This document shows, one piece after another, positions 8,463-16,713 of a DNA stretch of 50,688 nucleotides. Source of the stretch: a virus (taxonomy: Duplodnaviria; Caudoviricetes); the IMG/VR virus record IMGVR_UViG_3300044732_000890, positions 1-50,688 of that record. One strand, given 5' to 3'. Made by a program: the position numbers and the translations under genes. The notes beneath the pieces were generated by a model that did no database searches, was not told the origin of the DNA, and worked only from the letters and a program-made list of their open reading frames with translations. Each line of letters opens with the position of its first letter. Positions within the stretch are counted from its first letter, which is position 1.

Positions 8463-10618
8463 TAATTGCCTCCCATCTCAAAATTCTGCGCCCGAACAGC
8501 CACGATGCAACCCGGCACATCTATGTCTCCATTCACCTCAAACAGGCGACCAATCACACCCTTGAACCACTCCTTAACTTCTGACTTACCGCTGGTAATG
8601 CGAGCCATGGATCTCAGCTGCTCCATATTCACCTTCTTCAGTTTCTCATAACCTTCAATCGGACCTTCAGGCTGACGACCCGACTGAATGCGCACTACCA
8701 AGCCTTCAAAGCCTTCAGCCCGCGTATCGTTTGCAGCCTCTTGCAAGGCATTCAACACCGCAGCCTCTCGAGCCTCTAGCGCACGTTCAGCAACAGCCTC
8801 TCGAGCCGCCTCTACGAACTCTATACCCTCACTCTCAGCCACAAGGCGGATCTTGACGGTATCCACGTAAGAAGTCTCAAGTCCACCAACAGCACCGATT
8901 ACATGATGTTGCGTTTCAAACGTCTGCCGCTCGGCGATGATCCAGTCATAGCGAGCTGAGTAACGCCGCTTCTGAAAGCGCAGGAAGCGATAGTCCCGCA
9001 AACCGTCAGCAACCTCACGACCAATGGCTGCGGTTCCTTCAACGTCACCTTTCCAAGCAGAAGCGCCGCGAGCATCGAGGTCAAACACCGACACATCACG
9101 ACCAGCTTTAGCCGTGTGCGCAATCAGCCACACCGGGTAGCCTCTCAGCACCCGACGTACGTTGGCGATCAGTCTTGATACCTCGGAGTTGTCGTTCTCG
9201 CTTTCGATTTCAAAGTTGGCTGAAGTAGTATCAAACACGATGAGTGGTCGGGCATCATATGCACCGCCCTCTACCTCATTGCTGAACTCCGTATCCTTCA
9301 ACAAAACCGGCAGAGCCTTATCCCAGAACTCAGGTCCTGCACGCCGGGAGTAGTAGACCTTAATCATGTCCCGGACTACAGCCTGATCCGGCTCAAGCAA
9401 GCCGTTTTCCCGCATAACTTTCAGAATATCCGTTATCTGTTCGGGAGCTTCGGCAAACCATAAAACACGCCGCTTGATATGTGTTTTTAGCGTTTCATCC
9501 GGGTTGATCATCAACCCACTCACCACCGTGGCGAGAGACGCTAAAATGGTTGATTTGCCGCCACCGGGTTGACCCGCAAAGGCAAACGTGCCGGTGCGTA
9601 TGAAATCGTTAATTACGTACTCTTTGGGCTGGTTTTCTACTTCATCGCTGACGTTGAATTGGCGCGGCAATTCGACATCTTCATCAGGATCCTTAACGTC
9701 AACAAACCCGTTTTCCTTAGCCCGGAAAATAACCGTTCCCATCTTCTGTGAATGTGGTTTGAGAGCTCGCCATGTGCCCTCTTGATCAACCGGGTCGTAC
9801 TTGTCAGACCGCTTGGAAAACTCATCCCAGAGCTCCCGTCCGGCATCGCCGTACCACCGCAGACCCTGACCGACCATAATCCACTCAGCACGGTCGTTGT
9901 GGTCAATTTTCTTCAGCACCTTGCGGAAATACTCACGCTCTTTGTCTACCAAGATATCTTGATAGTCGTCGTCAAACGAAACGTCTACCTTACGGCTATT
10001 TCTGTCAGGTCCGACGAGACGGTCAAAGGTGTCCGACACCTCGGTAAAGTACTCAGCCGTACCAATACGCTCGCCGGTTATGCAAACGTATCTGTTGGTG
10101 TTGAGAAACAGCTCTATTTCGCCGTCACCTCGCTTGAATTTACCGGAAAAAGTTTCACGCCCCTTTACGAAGCCGAAAATCTTAATTCCGGTACGGCTTG
10201 GCGACACTTCCGCGTATGAGCCGCACTCGTCAACGATTTCTTGCGCCCAGTCAGCGACAACCCCGTTTTCATCGACACACTTGTCGAGGTCAATTACGGC
10301 CAGCCACTGTAGCCCTGAAAGCATCAGCCCGAGACCGCGAGCACCGGGTTGAGCCTGAACCCTGACCCGTACCTGTTCTAACGTGTCCCACGTGCTGGGA
10401 TCATCTGAATGCGCCCATTCCTCGCTGAACGCACGCATGGGTGGTTTGGTCCAATGACCTTTGTTTGAAAGCATCCACGCCCAAGAGCACCACCTCTTTT
10501 CATCCTTGTACCGCTCAAATGCGACAGGGAAGTTGAATGCGGGGACAACCGGGCGGATGTCTTTTGCATCCTTGTCAACACGACGCCGGGCCTCATCAAA
10601 ATGGATAATCTCAGCCAT
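8462..10618 (-). CDS. Primase-polymerase (NrS-1-like AEP) / PriCT-2 / AAA_25 helicase fusion
   Basis: KPP..DPSTW, IDLDKC, YAEVSPSRTGIKIF, RYVCITG; PriCT-2-like DRAEWIMVGQGL...WDEFS; Walker A GQPGGGKS, Walker B IVFDT, IAHTAK, ARGASAW. Confidence 0.9.
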   Translation of the reverse strand: MAEIIHFDEARRRVDKDAKDIRPVVPAFNFPVAFERYKDEKRWCSWAWMLSNKGHWTKPPMRAFSEEWAHSDDPSTWDTLEQVRVRVQAQPGARGLGLMLSGLQWLAVIDLDKCVDENGVVADWAQEIVDECGSYAEVSPSRTGIKIFGFVKGRETFSGKFKRGDGEIELFLNTNRYVCITGERIGTAEYFTEVSDTFDRLVGPDRNSRKVDVSFDDDYQDILVDKEREYFRKVLKKIDHNDRAEWIMVGQGLRWYGDAGRELWDEFSKRSDKYDPVDQEGTWRALKPHSQKMGTVIFRAKENGFVDVKDPDEDVELPRQFNVSDEVENQPKEYVINDFIRTGTFAFAGQPGGGKSTILASLATVVSGLMINPDETLKTHIKRRVLWFAEAPEQITDILKVMRENGLLEPDQAVVRDMIKVYYSRRAGPEFWDKALPVLLKDTEFSNEVEGGAYDARPLIVFDTTSANFEIESENDNSEVSRLIANVRRVLRGYPVWLIAHTAKAGRDVSVFDLDARGASAWKGDVEGTAAIGREVADGLRDYRFLRFQKRRYSARYDWIIAERQTFETQHHVIGAVGGLETSYVDTVKIRLVAESEGIEFVEAAREAVAERALEAREAAVLNALQEAANDTRAEGFEGLVVRIQSGRQPEGPIEGYEKLKKVNMEQLRSMARITSGKSEVKEWFKGVIGRLFEVNGDIDVPGCIVAVRAQNFEMGGN

Positions 10619-10704
10619 CAAACGTACGCTCCGCTCTTACCGAAACGTATCGGTTTTACCGCTTGACTTCCGGCGTTGCTGCCGCTAAAGTTATACCCGG
10701 TCAT
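10618..10704 (-). CDS. 28-aa leader peptide translationally coupled to primase gene
   Basis: AAAGGAG SD, then MTGYNFSGSNAGSQAVKPIRFGKSGAYV*; its TGA overlaps primase ATG (TGATG). Confidence 0.5.
   Translation of the reverse strand: MTGYNFSGSNAGSQAVKPIRFGKSGAYV
10662..10691 (+). promoter_or_regulatory. Sigma70-type promoter lying inside the leader ORF, antisense to primase mRNA
   Basis: CTTGACT (10662-10668)-N17-TAAAGT (10686-10691), same family as other phage promoters. Confidence 0.6.
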
Positions 10705-10802
10705 TAAAGTCTCCTTTGGGTTGGCTTTCAAAGTGTCTTTGGTGTCCTTCGCAGCTAACTATGACCCAGCAATCCCTCCCGGTTCGCTGGGTCTTTTCTT
10801 TT
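10698..10802 (+). ncRNA. Candidate ~105-nt counter-transcribed small RNA ending in an intrinsic terminator
   Basis: Promoter upstream and no plausible ORF. Terminator GACCCAGC/GCTGGGTC (10763-10793) followed by TTTTCTTTT. Contains anti-SD CTCCTT. Confidence 0.5.
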
Positions 10803-10840
10803 GATGTGGCTGTTTTCAAAGTAGATTTTCCTTTATAAGC

Positions 10841-10849
10841 TTATCCACA
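10841..10849 (+). promoter_or_regulatory. Perfect DnaA box (TTATCCACA)
   Basis: Exact consensus in the divergent control region; single copy. Confidence 0.35.
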
Positions 10850-10975
10850 CCTACGGCGCGGAACCCGCTACTTTGCCTCGGTTCAACCAAAAAGGCAACC
10901 CCCAAGGGTAAATTATTTTTCTGCAGAGGGAACCTTTTACCACCTCGGGCGTTGTAAATTGTTTTGTGCCCGCTA

Positions 10976-11035
10976 AAAATAATTTTACGCCACCCAAAAA
11001 TAAAGCTTGACTTCTGTTTCTAGCTGCCCTATATT
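10976..11035 (+). promoter_or_regulatory. Early promoter P1 (A-tract UP element, TTGACT-N17-TATATT)
   Basis: -35 11007-11012, -10 11030-11035; near-identical ~63-bp copy at 13417-13480. Confidence 0.85.
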
Positions 11036-11082
11036 ACAAGTTACGGTGATCACAACGACACCGCTGATAACGGAGAACCACG

Positions 11083-11358
11083 ATGACCAACACCACCTTC
11101 ACCGCCAACGAAATCGCCGCCCTTAAAGTTATCTTCGCCGATTGCCTTGACGGTATGGGCGGCAGTTCCTGGGAGGATCTTGAGAACGACCCCTACACTT
11201 GGTGCGACGCCAAGACTCTCGTTGCCAACGGATGGTCCAAGCCCGAGGCCGCTGGCACTTTTTCCGCTCTCGCTGCTAAGGGTGCTATCGATGAGGTTGA
11301 GAAGAATGAGTGGGCCTTGAATCTCACTCCGGCAGTTCGCGCTGCAGTCAACGTCTAA
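11083..11358 (+). CDS. Early hypothetical protein
   Basis: First ORF behind P1 with TAACGGAGA SD; followed by GGGGAGC/GCTCCCC hairpin. Confidence 0.8.
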   Translation: MTNTTFTANEIAALKVIFADCLDGMGGSSWEDLENDPYTWCDAKTLVANGWSKPEAAGTFSALAAKGAIDEVEKNEWALNLTPAVRAAVNV

Positions 11359-11399
11359 CCGGGGAGCCCAAGCTCCCCATTTTCAAAGAGGATATCCTT

Positions 11400-11678
11400 A
11401 TGACCGTCAAAGACCGCATCAGCCCGGCCAACATGATTATCGCCGAATTTCTTGACGTAGACATCAACGAAGTCACTGAAATGGTATACCAGCCGACCAT
11501 CTACCGCACCCCTCGCGTCTATTCGTGGGACGATGCGCCGTGGTCATACTTCTGCTGCCCACGCCCCGGCCAGAAGCCACCCAAGGGTTTTCAGTGGGAA
11601 ATTGCCGGCTACTCATGGCGCGAGGCTAACAAGAACCGCCCCGTCTACGGGGTTCGTTACGAAAGCATGAAAGGATAA
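11400..11678 (+). CDS. Early hypothetical protein
   Basis: ATG 11400 behind AGAGGA SD (MTVKDRISPAN...). Confidence 0.75.
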   Translation: MTVKDRISPANMIIAEFLDVDINEVTEMVYQPTIYRTPRVYSWDDAPWSYFCCPRPGQKPPKGFQWEIAGYSWREANKNRPVYGVRYESMKG

Positions 11679-11683
11679 CGAAT

Positions 11684-11890
11684 ATGAACCTTTTCGCCTA
11701 TCGCCGCGTAAATATCAAAACTGAGCTTTCCATGGAGCAGTTTGAACAGCTTCACGCCGACGTAGCCAAGGCGCGTGAAACTACCAAGATGGTTTACGTG
11801 GACAAGGTTGCCATGCAAACTTTACTCCGCGATTACTCTCGCCTTATCGACCGGCTTGAAAAGCTGGAAAAAGAAGAAGGTATGAATTAG
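11684..11890 (+). CDS. Early hypothetical coiled-coil protein
   Basis: 68 aa, AAGGA SD, operon-like spacing. Confidence 0.7.
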   Translation: MNLFAYRRVNIKTELSMEQFEQLHADVAKARETTKMVYVDKVAMQTLLRDYSRLIDRLEKLEKEEGMN

Positions 11891-11897
11891 TTTATTA

Positions 11898-12046
11898 CCT
11901 CGGGTATGTCAACCTCGAGGTGGCCCCAGCCAGCAGGTGGGCCTAACAACAGCTGGCCGCAAAGTAGCGTGGGACGCGTCCTCCCCCACGTTATTAGCAG
12001 GGCCGACCGGATGTGTTTCCCTTTTCACATCCGGTCGATCACCCTG
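11898..12046 (+). ncRNA. Candidate structured non-coding RNA (four consecutive hairpins)
   Basis: Stems CCTCGGG/CTCGAGG, CCAGC/GCTGG, TAGCGTGGG/CCCACGTTA and a perfect 12-bp CGACCGGATGTG/CACATCCGGTCG; last two loops pyrimidine-rich; strand inferred from context. Confidence 0.45.
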
Positions 12047-12051
12047 ATAAA

Positions 12052-12108
12052 TTATTTTTAGCTGGCCCAAAAATAACACTTGACTTTTGTTTCTAGGTTC
12101 CCTATATT
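12052..12108 (+). promoter_or_regulatory. Early promoter P2
   Basis: TTATTTTT..AAAAATAA, TTGACT 12080-12085, TATATT 12103-12108. Confidence 0.85.
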
Positions 12109-12155
12109 GAGGTTACTGAGGCGATGAGGCCTCGGCTGATAACGGAGAAACGACC

Positions 12156-12353
12156 ATGATGACCGCCGAACAAATCCGCGCCCGCATCGAGGCTGACCTC
12201 GAGCTGACCAAGCGCAAGGTGGAGTTCCATCTTGCCGAATTCCGTCACGACTTTGATACCGTCAGCAATAAGATTTGGGCCGTCAAGGATGCCGAGCTTT
12301 CCTCCAGGGCTCGCACCCTCGAGATCCTCCTCCGCCAGATCGACCTCGGCTAA
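12156..12353 (+). CDS. Early hypothetical protein
   Basis: Behind P2, TAACGGAGA SD. Confidence 0.75.
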   Translation: MMTAEQIRARIEADLELTKRKVEFHLAEFRHDFDTVSNKIWAVKDAELSSRARTLEILLRQIDLG

Positions 12354-12376
12354 CCCCTCCCAGAAAGGAGACTCTT

Positions 12377-12646
12377 ATGACCCGTAACGTTATCCCCCTC
12401 CGCGTCAACCCCTTCAAGGTCTCGTATGTTAACGAGCCGGCAAAGTCGGGTATGATCGCCGACACCAAGCGTGTTTTCGGTCCGGATGGGGAAGACAGCC
12501 GCTATGCTGTGGCTCCGGTTCACAGCCGTATCGGACAAGATGTTGTCTGGTTTGTCTGGGACGCTGAGCAGCAGGATGAGCTCGGCTTTGCCAAGGTGAT
12601 CCGTCAGGAGGACAGCTTTGAGGCTGCCGTGGCGGGTCTCATCTGA
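12377..12646 (+). CDS. Early hypothetical protein
   Basis: ATG 12377 behind AAAGGAG SD (MTRNVIPLRVNPF...). Confidence 0.75.
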   Translation: MTRNVIPLRVNPFKVSYVNEPAKSGMIADTKRVFGPDGEDSRYAVAPVHSRIGQDVVWFVWDAEQQDELGFAKVIRQEDSFEAAVAGLI

Positions 12647-12656
12647 CACACCGGCT

Positions 12657-12723
12657 GGGTCAGTCAAAATAATTTGGCTGACCCAAAATAAGTGTTGACT
12701 TCTGTTTCTAGCTAGCCTATATT
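12657..12723 (+). promoter_or_regulatory. Early promoter P3 with upstream palindrome
   Basis: GGGTCAGTCAAA-ATAA-TTTGGCTGACCC inverted repeat; TTGACT 12695-12700, TATATT 12718-12723. Confidence 0.85.
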
Positions 12724-12772
12724 TCATCTTACGGTACACGACACCGCGGATAACTGATAACGGAGACACGAT

Positions 12773-13246
12773 ATGGCCCGCATTAATGACATCTACCGCA
12801 CCCGCACCAGCTACTTTGACAAACTGATGGAAGATGCTTGGAGCGTCGGTGAAACCAACGACTGCGCTGTCAAGGCGATTTGTGTGGTCACCGGAGCCGA
12901 GTACGCCGACGCGCACACTCGTTTAGCTGCACGCGGTCGCAAGAAAGGCCACGGCACTTACATGTTCGACACCCACGCCGTGATCCGCGACCTCGGTTTT
13001 AAACTGGAGCGTATGTCCCCCGGCGAGTTTCAGAAGAAGTATCCCCGCTCCAAGACCGGCGGTTACGTTTATAAGCAGCTGACCACCCATCACGTAGACC
13101 TCTACCCGGAGGCTTGGAATGACGGTCACGCCTACCTTATCCACACCTCGGGTCATGTGGCCGGTGCTCTGTGCGGTAAGCTTCACGATTGGACTCGCGG
13201 TCGTGCCAAGCGTATTGAATGTTTCTATCGCGTAACTAAAGTATAA
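12773..13246 (+). CDS. Early hypothetical protein, possible papain-like (C39-like) fold
   Basis: NDCAVKAI...GHVAG...HDW pattern suggests a Cys-His-Asp triad (inference). Confidence 0.7.
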   Translation: MARINDIYRTRTSYFDKLMEDAWSVGETNDCAVKAICVVTGAEYADAHTRLAARGRKKGHGTYMFDTHAVIRDLGFKLERMSPGEFQKKYPRSKTGGYVYKQLTTHHVDLYPEAWNDGHAYLIHTSGHVAGALCGKLHDWTRGRAKRIECFYRVTKV

Positions 13247-13259
13247 AGGAGCCACTATT

Positions 13260-13418
13260 ATGAACTTCTTTGTCGCGTCATTTCACAACCCTAATTTTAT
13301 CATATCGTCAGCGTATCAGACGTTTTCCGAGGCCATGCACGCTGCCGAATGCATCAGGGTGTTTACCGGGGAACCTTGTCGGGTGATCCGCGTTGCATAT
13401 CTTTGGGTGACCCCGTAA
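13260..13418 (+). CDS. 52-aa hypothetical protein
   Basis: Own translation MNFFVASFHNPNFIISSAYQTF...; AAAGGAG SD. Confidence 0.55.
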   Translation: MNFFVASFHNPNFIISSAYQTFSEAMHAAECIRVFTGEPCRVIRVAYLWVTP

Positions 13419-13476
13419 AATAATTTTACGCCACCCAAAAATAAAGCTTGACTTTCGTTTCTAGCTGCCCTATATT
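13417..13476 (+). promoter_or_regulatory. Early promoter P4 (near-duplicate of P1)
   Basis: TTGACT 13448-13453, TATATT 13471-13476. Confidence 0.85.
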
Positions 13477-13524
13477 ACAAAACACGGGCGGCGATGATGC
13501 CCTCGCACATAACGGAGAAATAGA

Positions 13525-13722
13525 ATGAACCGCGAATTTAGCATCACCGCTCCCAAGACCTACGCCAGCAAGGACAACGCTCGCAAGGCTGTGGCTAAGA
13601 TCGGTGCCGAAAATCTCCGTCACTTTTACATGCAGAATGACGAGGGTCGCTGGTTTCCGGTGTTCGTCGGTCAAGAAGCTCTCCAGGCTGGTATCCACTT
13701 CCACTTTAATATTGTAGGCTGA
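13525..13722 (+). CDS. Early hypothetical protein
   Basis: Behind P4, TAACGGAGA SD; followed by GGGGGAGCC/GGCTCCCCC hairpin 13729-13748. Confidence 0.75.
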   Translation: MNREFSITAPKTYASKDNARKAVAKIGAENLRHFYMQNDEGRWFPVFVGQEALQAGIHFHFNIVG

Positions 13723-13777
13723 TCAATCGGGGGAGCCTTGGCTCCCCCTCTCAAACCTCACATAAGGAACAACGCAT

Positions 13778-14611
13778 ATGTCAATCGTTAACATTTACGA
13801 CAGCATCAAGAGTCAGCATGCGCTGCGCAACGTCACTGCCCAGCCGGTTTTCCTCGGCGACGGCCGCCCCGTTCAGGGTAAAAAGGCCATTGTACTCGCC
13901 GACACCGGAGAGGCGATCTCTGTTGTTAGCGACCGCTACAAGGTCGTAAGCAACGAGGAGGTGATGAACGCTACACTGCAGGCTATTGAGACGGCTAAGT
14001 TGGACACCACCGACGCAACAGCCTCGGTTTCGTTTTCTAACAAGGGAGCGCGTACCATGGTTCGCATCATGCTTCCCGCTTACTCGGTGCTTTCCGGCAC
14101 CAACGAGACCAAAATGGAAATCGTCACGCTGAACTCCTACGATGGCGCATGGAAATATAGCAGCCGTGCAGGTGGCATTCGTCTAGCGTGCATGAACGGT
14201 CAGGTCATGGGTAAGATGATTGGTTCGTACTCGCAGTTTCACAATCAATCGCTGAACGTGCAGCGCGGAGCGGAGAATCTTGTTCGCATGATCGGTGATT
14301 TCTCTAAGTCGCAGGATTGGTTCCTTGCCATGATGAACCGTAAGGCCGATATTGACGATGTTCGCACTCTCGGCTCCAAGCTGCTTAATTTACCGACTGT
14401 GCAGTTTGACGAGAGCCGTGCTGGTAAGCGCCTGCTTTCCCTCTACGAGACGTACGCTCGTGAGATGGGCGCCAACGCTTACGCTGTGTACAACACGTTC
14501 ACGGACTTCATTACCCACCGCTCGCGTCACAAATCCGCTGTGGCCTCGAGCCGCCTGATCGATGAAAACACTTTTTCTACCAAGGTGCTTTCCTCGAATC
14601 TGTTCCACTAA
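13778..14611 (+). CDS. DUF932-family protein
   Basis: VVSDRYKVVSNEE, NSYDG, RLACMNG, AYAVYNTFTDFITH motifs. Confidence 0.8.
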   Translation: MSIVNIYDSIKSQHALRNVTAQPVFLGDGRPVQGKKAIVLADTGEAISVVSDRYKVVSNEEVMNATLQAIETAKLDTTDATASVSFSNKGARTMVRIMLPAYSVLSGTNETKMEIVTLNSYDGAWKYSSRAGGIRLACMNGQVMGKMIGSYSQFHNQSLNVQRGAENLVRMIGDFSKSQDWFLAMMNRKADIDDVRTLGSKLLNLPTVQFDESRAGKRLLSLYETYAREMGANAYAVYNTFTDFITHRSRHKSAVASSRLIDENTFSTKVLSSNLFH

Positions 14612-14668
14612 ACCCGGCGGGAGGCTTCGGCCTCCCACCCCCACTTTTAACTTGTAACGGAGAATGAA

Positions 14669-15112
14669 ATGACCAACGTAATCAAAATCACCAAGTCGGA
14701 CAAGCTTATGCCCCAGCAGCTTAAGCAAATTGACCGTATCGCAGAGCTTCTTACCAACCTGAATTGTGAATTCCGCATTCGCACCCCGGAAGGGTATTGC
14801 TTCGACAATATACTTTTGAAAAACCGGGGGAAGGGTCATTTGTCTCTCGATGACTCGGCAACCACAACCCACACTGAACAGAAGCCACGTATAAAGCGCG
14901 GTGAGATGAAGGCTTACCTCGATAATATCTTGGGCGGTATCAAGCTTGGAGAAGTTCGCGTTATCCCGATAGGTAAGTTCAATGGTCTTAACGGTACGTT
15001 TTCCAACTATGTTTCAGGTTATGCGTCAAGAATTTTCGGTAACGGTAGCTACTCAGTTTCTTGGGACAACGCAGATCGCAGCGTCTTGTTTCACCTCCAT
15101 GGAGGTCTTTAA
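14669..15112 (+). CDS. Hypothetical protein
   Basis: TAACGGAGA SD; flanked by GC hairpins. Confidence 0.7.
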   Translation: MTNVIKITKSDKLMPQQLKQIDRIAELLTNLNCEFRIRTPEGYCFDNILLKNRGKGHLSLDDSATTTHTEQKPRIKRGEMKAYLDNILGGIKLGEVRVIPIGKFNGLNGTFSNYVSGYASRIFGNGSYSVSWDNADRSVLFHLHGGL

Positions 15113-15180
15113 CAATCGAAGGGGGAGGCTTGAGCCTCCCCCATTTACCTCACAAAAGATCCACGATGACGTCGAAATAA

Positions 15181-15303
15181 ATGTCTTCAGCCCCCAACCG
15201 ACGCTTTCGGATGTCGTTCGGTAAGTTGCATAGCGAAGAAGCTAGACTAAAGATATCAGAAGCCCAACGCAAAAGATGGGCAATAAAGAAAGGTAAAGTT
15301 TGA
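15181..15303 (+). CDS. 40-aa basic peptide with NUMOD3-like DNA-binding motif (possible homing-endonuclease remnant)
   Basis: Own translation MSSAPNRRFRMSFGKLHSEEARLKISEAQRKRWAIKKGKV*; TGA overlaps PLP gene ATG; no clear SD. Confidence 0.5.
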   Translation: MSSAPNRRFRMSFGKLHSEEARLKISEAQRKRWAIKKGKV

Positions 15304-16241
15304 TGGCTCTCCCTACCCCAGCAGACCTCGACCGCCTCGCCGCCAAGCTCACGCCTTGGGAAAACCCGCAGGGTTTTTGGTTCAAGCGAGAAGACAAGTT
15401 TGCCCCGCTCGGTTACGGTGGCCCGAATGGATCAAAATTACGTCAGCTAATTCACCTCTTTGCCCGGCACAAGGGTAACGCTACGCATGTGGTGACTGGT
15501 GCGAGCATTCAGTCTCCGCAGCATAGCATGACCGCGTTCCTCGCTGCCGTGCACGGTCTCCCCTCCCTGCATGTCGTCGGTGCCACGACGCCAGAAACCA
15601 TTATGCGTCACCCCAACCCGCTCATCGCCGCCGGGTTCGGAGCCGCGTTTGACTATATCAAAGTTGGCTACAACCCGGCTTTGCAGAAGCGTGTGGCAGA
15701 GCTCAAACGGGAGATGGACGCAGCCTTCGAGGTGCCGTATGGTATCACGCTCGCTACCGACCTCTCCAGCCCTGAAGACCTCACAGCCTTTCACAGCGTT
15801 GGAGCGGCGCAAGTGGCGAACATCCCGGAGGAGGTGACCACGCTTATCGTACCGGCGGGAAGCTGCAACTCGCTAACCTCTGTCCTGCTTGGCCTCACAA
15901 CGCACAGCAACAACGTGCAGAAGGTCGTCAGCATCGGCATCGGTCCCTCCAAGATCGGCTGGGTGCGTGACCGGCTGCGCAAAATGAACGTGGACCCCGA
16001 CCGGCTCGCGTTTGAATGGAACCACAACATCTCCCTGCACGACAGCGATTATGCCAAGTACGGGGACCGTATGCCCGAGACGTTCGCCGGTATCAACTTC
16101 CATCCTACGTATGAGGGGAAGATGGTGCGGTGGATGAAGGAGCACGATATCTTCCGCGCCAACGCAGACTGTGGCTACGGCTTCTGGATCGTTGGCTCTG
16201 ATAGCAACCCAGAGGTATGTCGTCCTTTCTTTACGAATTAA
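15303..16241 (+). CDS. PLP-dependent fold-type II enzyme; likely amino-acid-thymidine decarboxylase of DNA hypermodification
   Basis: WFKRED...GGPNGSKLRQ (PLP lysine), VPAGSCNS, HPTYEGK; context with AADT and 5hmU kinase as in phages ViI and M6. Confidence 0.85.
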   Translation: MALPTPADLDRLAAKLTPWENPQGFWFKREDKFAPLGYGGPNGSKLRQLIHLFARHKGNATHVVTGASIQSPQHSMTAFLAAVHGLPSLHVVGATTPETIMRHPNPLIAAGFGAAFDYIKVGYNPALQKRVAELKREMDAAFEVPYGITLATDLSSPEDLTAFHSVGAAQVANIPEEVTTLIVPAGSCNSLTSVLLGLTTHSNNVQKVVSIGIGPSKIGWVRDRLRKMNVDPDRLAFEWNHNISLHDSDYAKYGDRMPETFAGINFHPTYEGKMVRWMKEHDIFRANADCGYGFWIVGSDSNPEVCRPFFTN

Positions 16242-16254
16242 ATTCGCACTGCCT

Positions 16255-16294
16255 AAAAATAACGCTTGACTTCCTCCCCCGGTGCGCCTAAATA
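16255..16294 (+). promoter_or_regulatory. Promoter P5 inside modification cluster
   Basis: AAAAATAACGCTTGACT (-35 16266-16271)-N17-TAAATA. Confidence 0.75.
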
Positions 16295-16337
16295 AGGTTC
16301 ATCGGGGGTTGGCCCCGCGTATAACGGAGATAGAATA

Positions 16338-16703
16338 ATGGCTCGTAACACCACTGGACATTCTGGCGAGAAGTTTGTTGAAGCTATGCTCGGTTTTCAG
16401 GGCTTCACGGCTCTCGTCGCCCCGGCGGGCAACCCTAACTGGGATATCATGGTCGCTGAAAGTGGTAAGAAAATTTCGGTAAAGGCCTCTAACTCGTCCG
16501 GTTTTGTAGCTGAGTTTTCAGCTACAGACACGTTCGATGTTCTGGCCGTAGTGGATGCATTTAATTCACGCTATCCACGTGTATGGTTCATCCCCCGCTA
16601 TATTGCGATCAAGCTCCCCACCGTAGGCGGTAAGGTGCGTATAAAAGCTTCGGATTTGAATTACGATCTTGCTCAGTTTGAAACCAACTTCGATGTCCTC
16701 TAA
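16338..16703 (+). CDS. Small PD-(D/E)XK endonuclease-like protein
   Basis: GHSGEKFV (motif I E), WDIMV (motif II D), ISVKAS (degenerate motif III). Confidence 0.6.
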   Translation: MARNTTGHSGEKFVEAMLGFQGFTALVAPAGNPNWDIMVAESGKKISVKASNSSGFVAEFSATDTFDVLAVVDAFNSRYPRVWFIPRYIAIKLPTVGGKVRIKASDLNYDLAQFETNFDVL

Positions 16704-16713
16704 CGGAGACCCC

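Noticed and set aside
10976-13480. Regularly recurring ~60-bp repeats resembling a CRISPR array or att sites
   Set aside because: Separated by whole genes (0.6-1.1 kb) and explained as sigma70 promoters; no cas operon or integrase
15303-16241. ACC deaminase / D-cysteine desulfhydrase as auxiliary metabolic gene
   Set aside because: Same fold, but genomic context indicates a DNA-modification role
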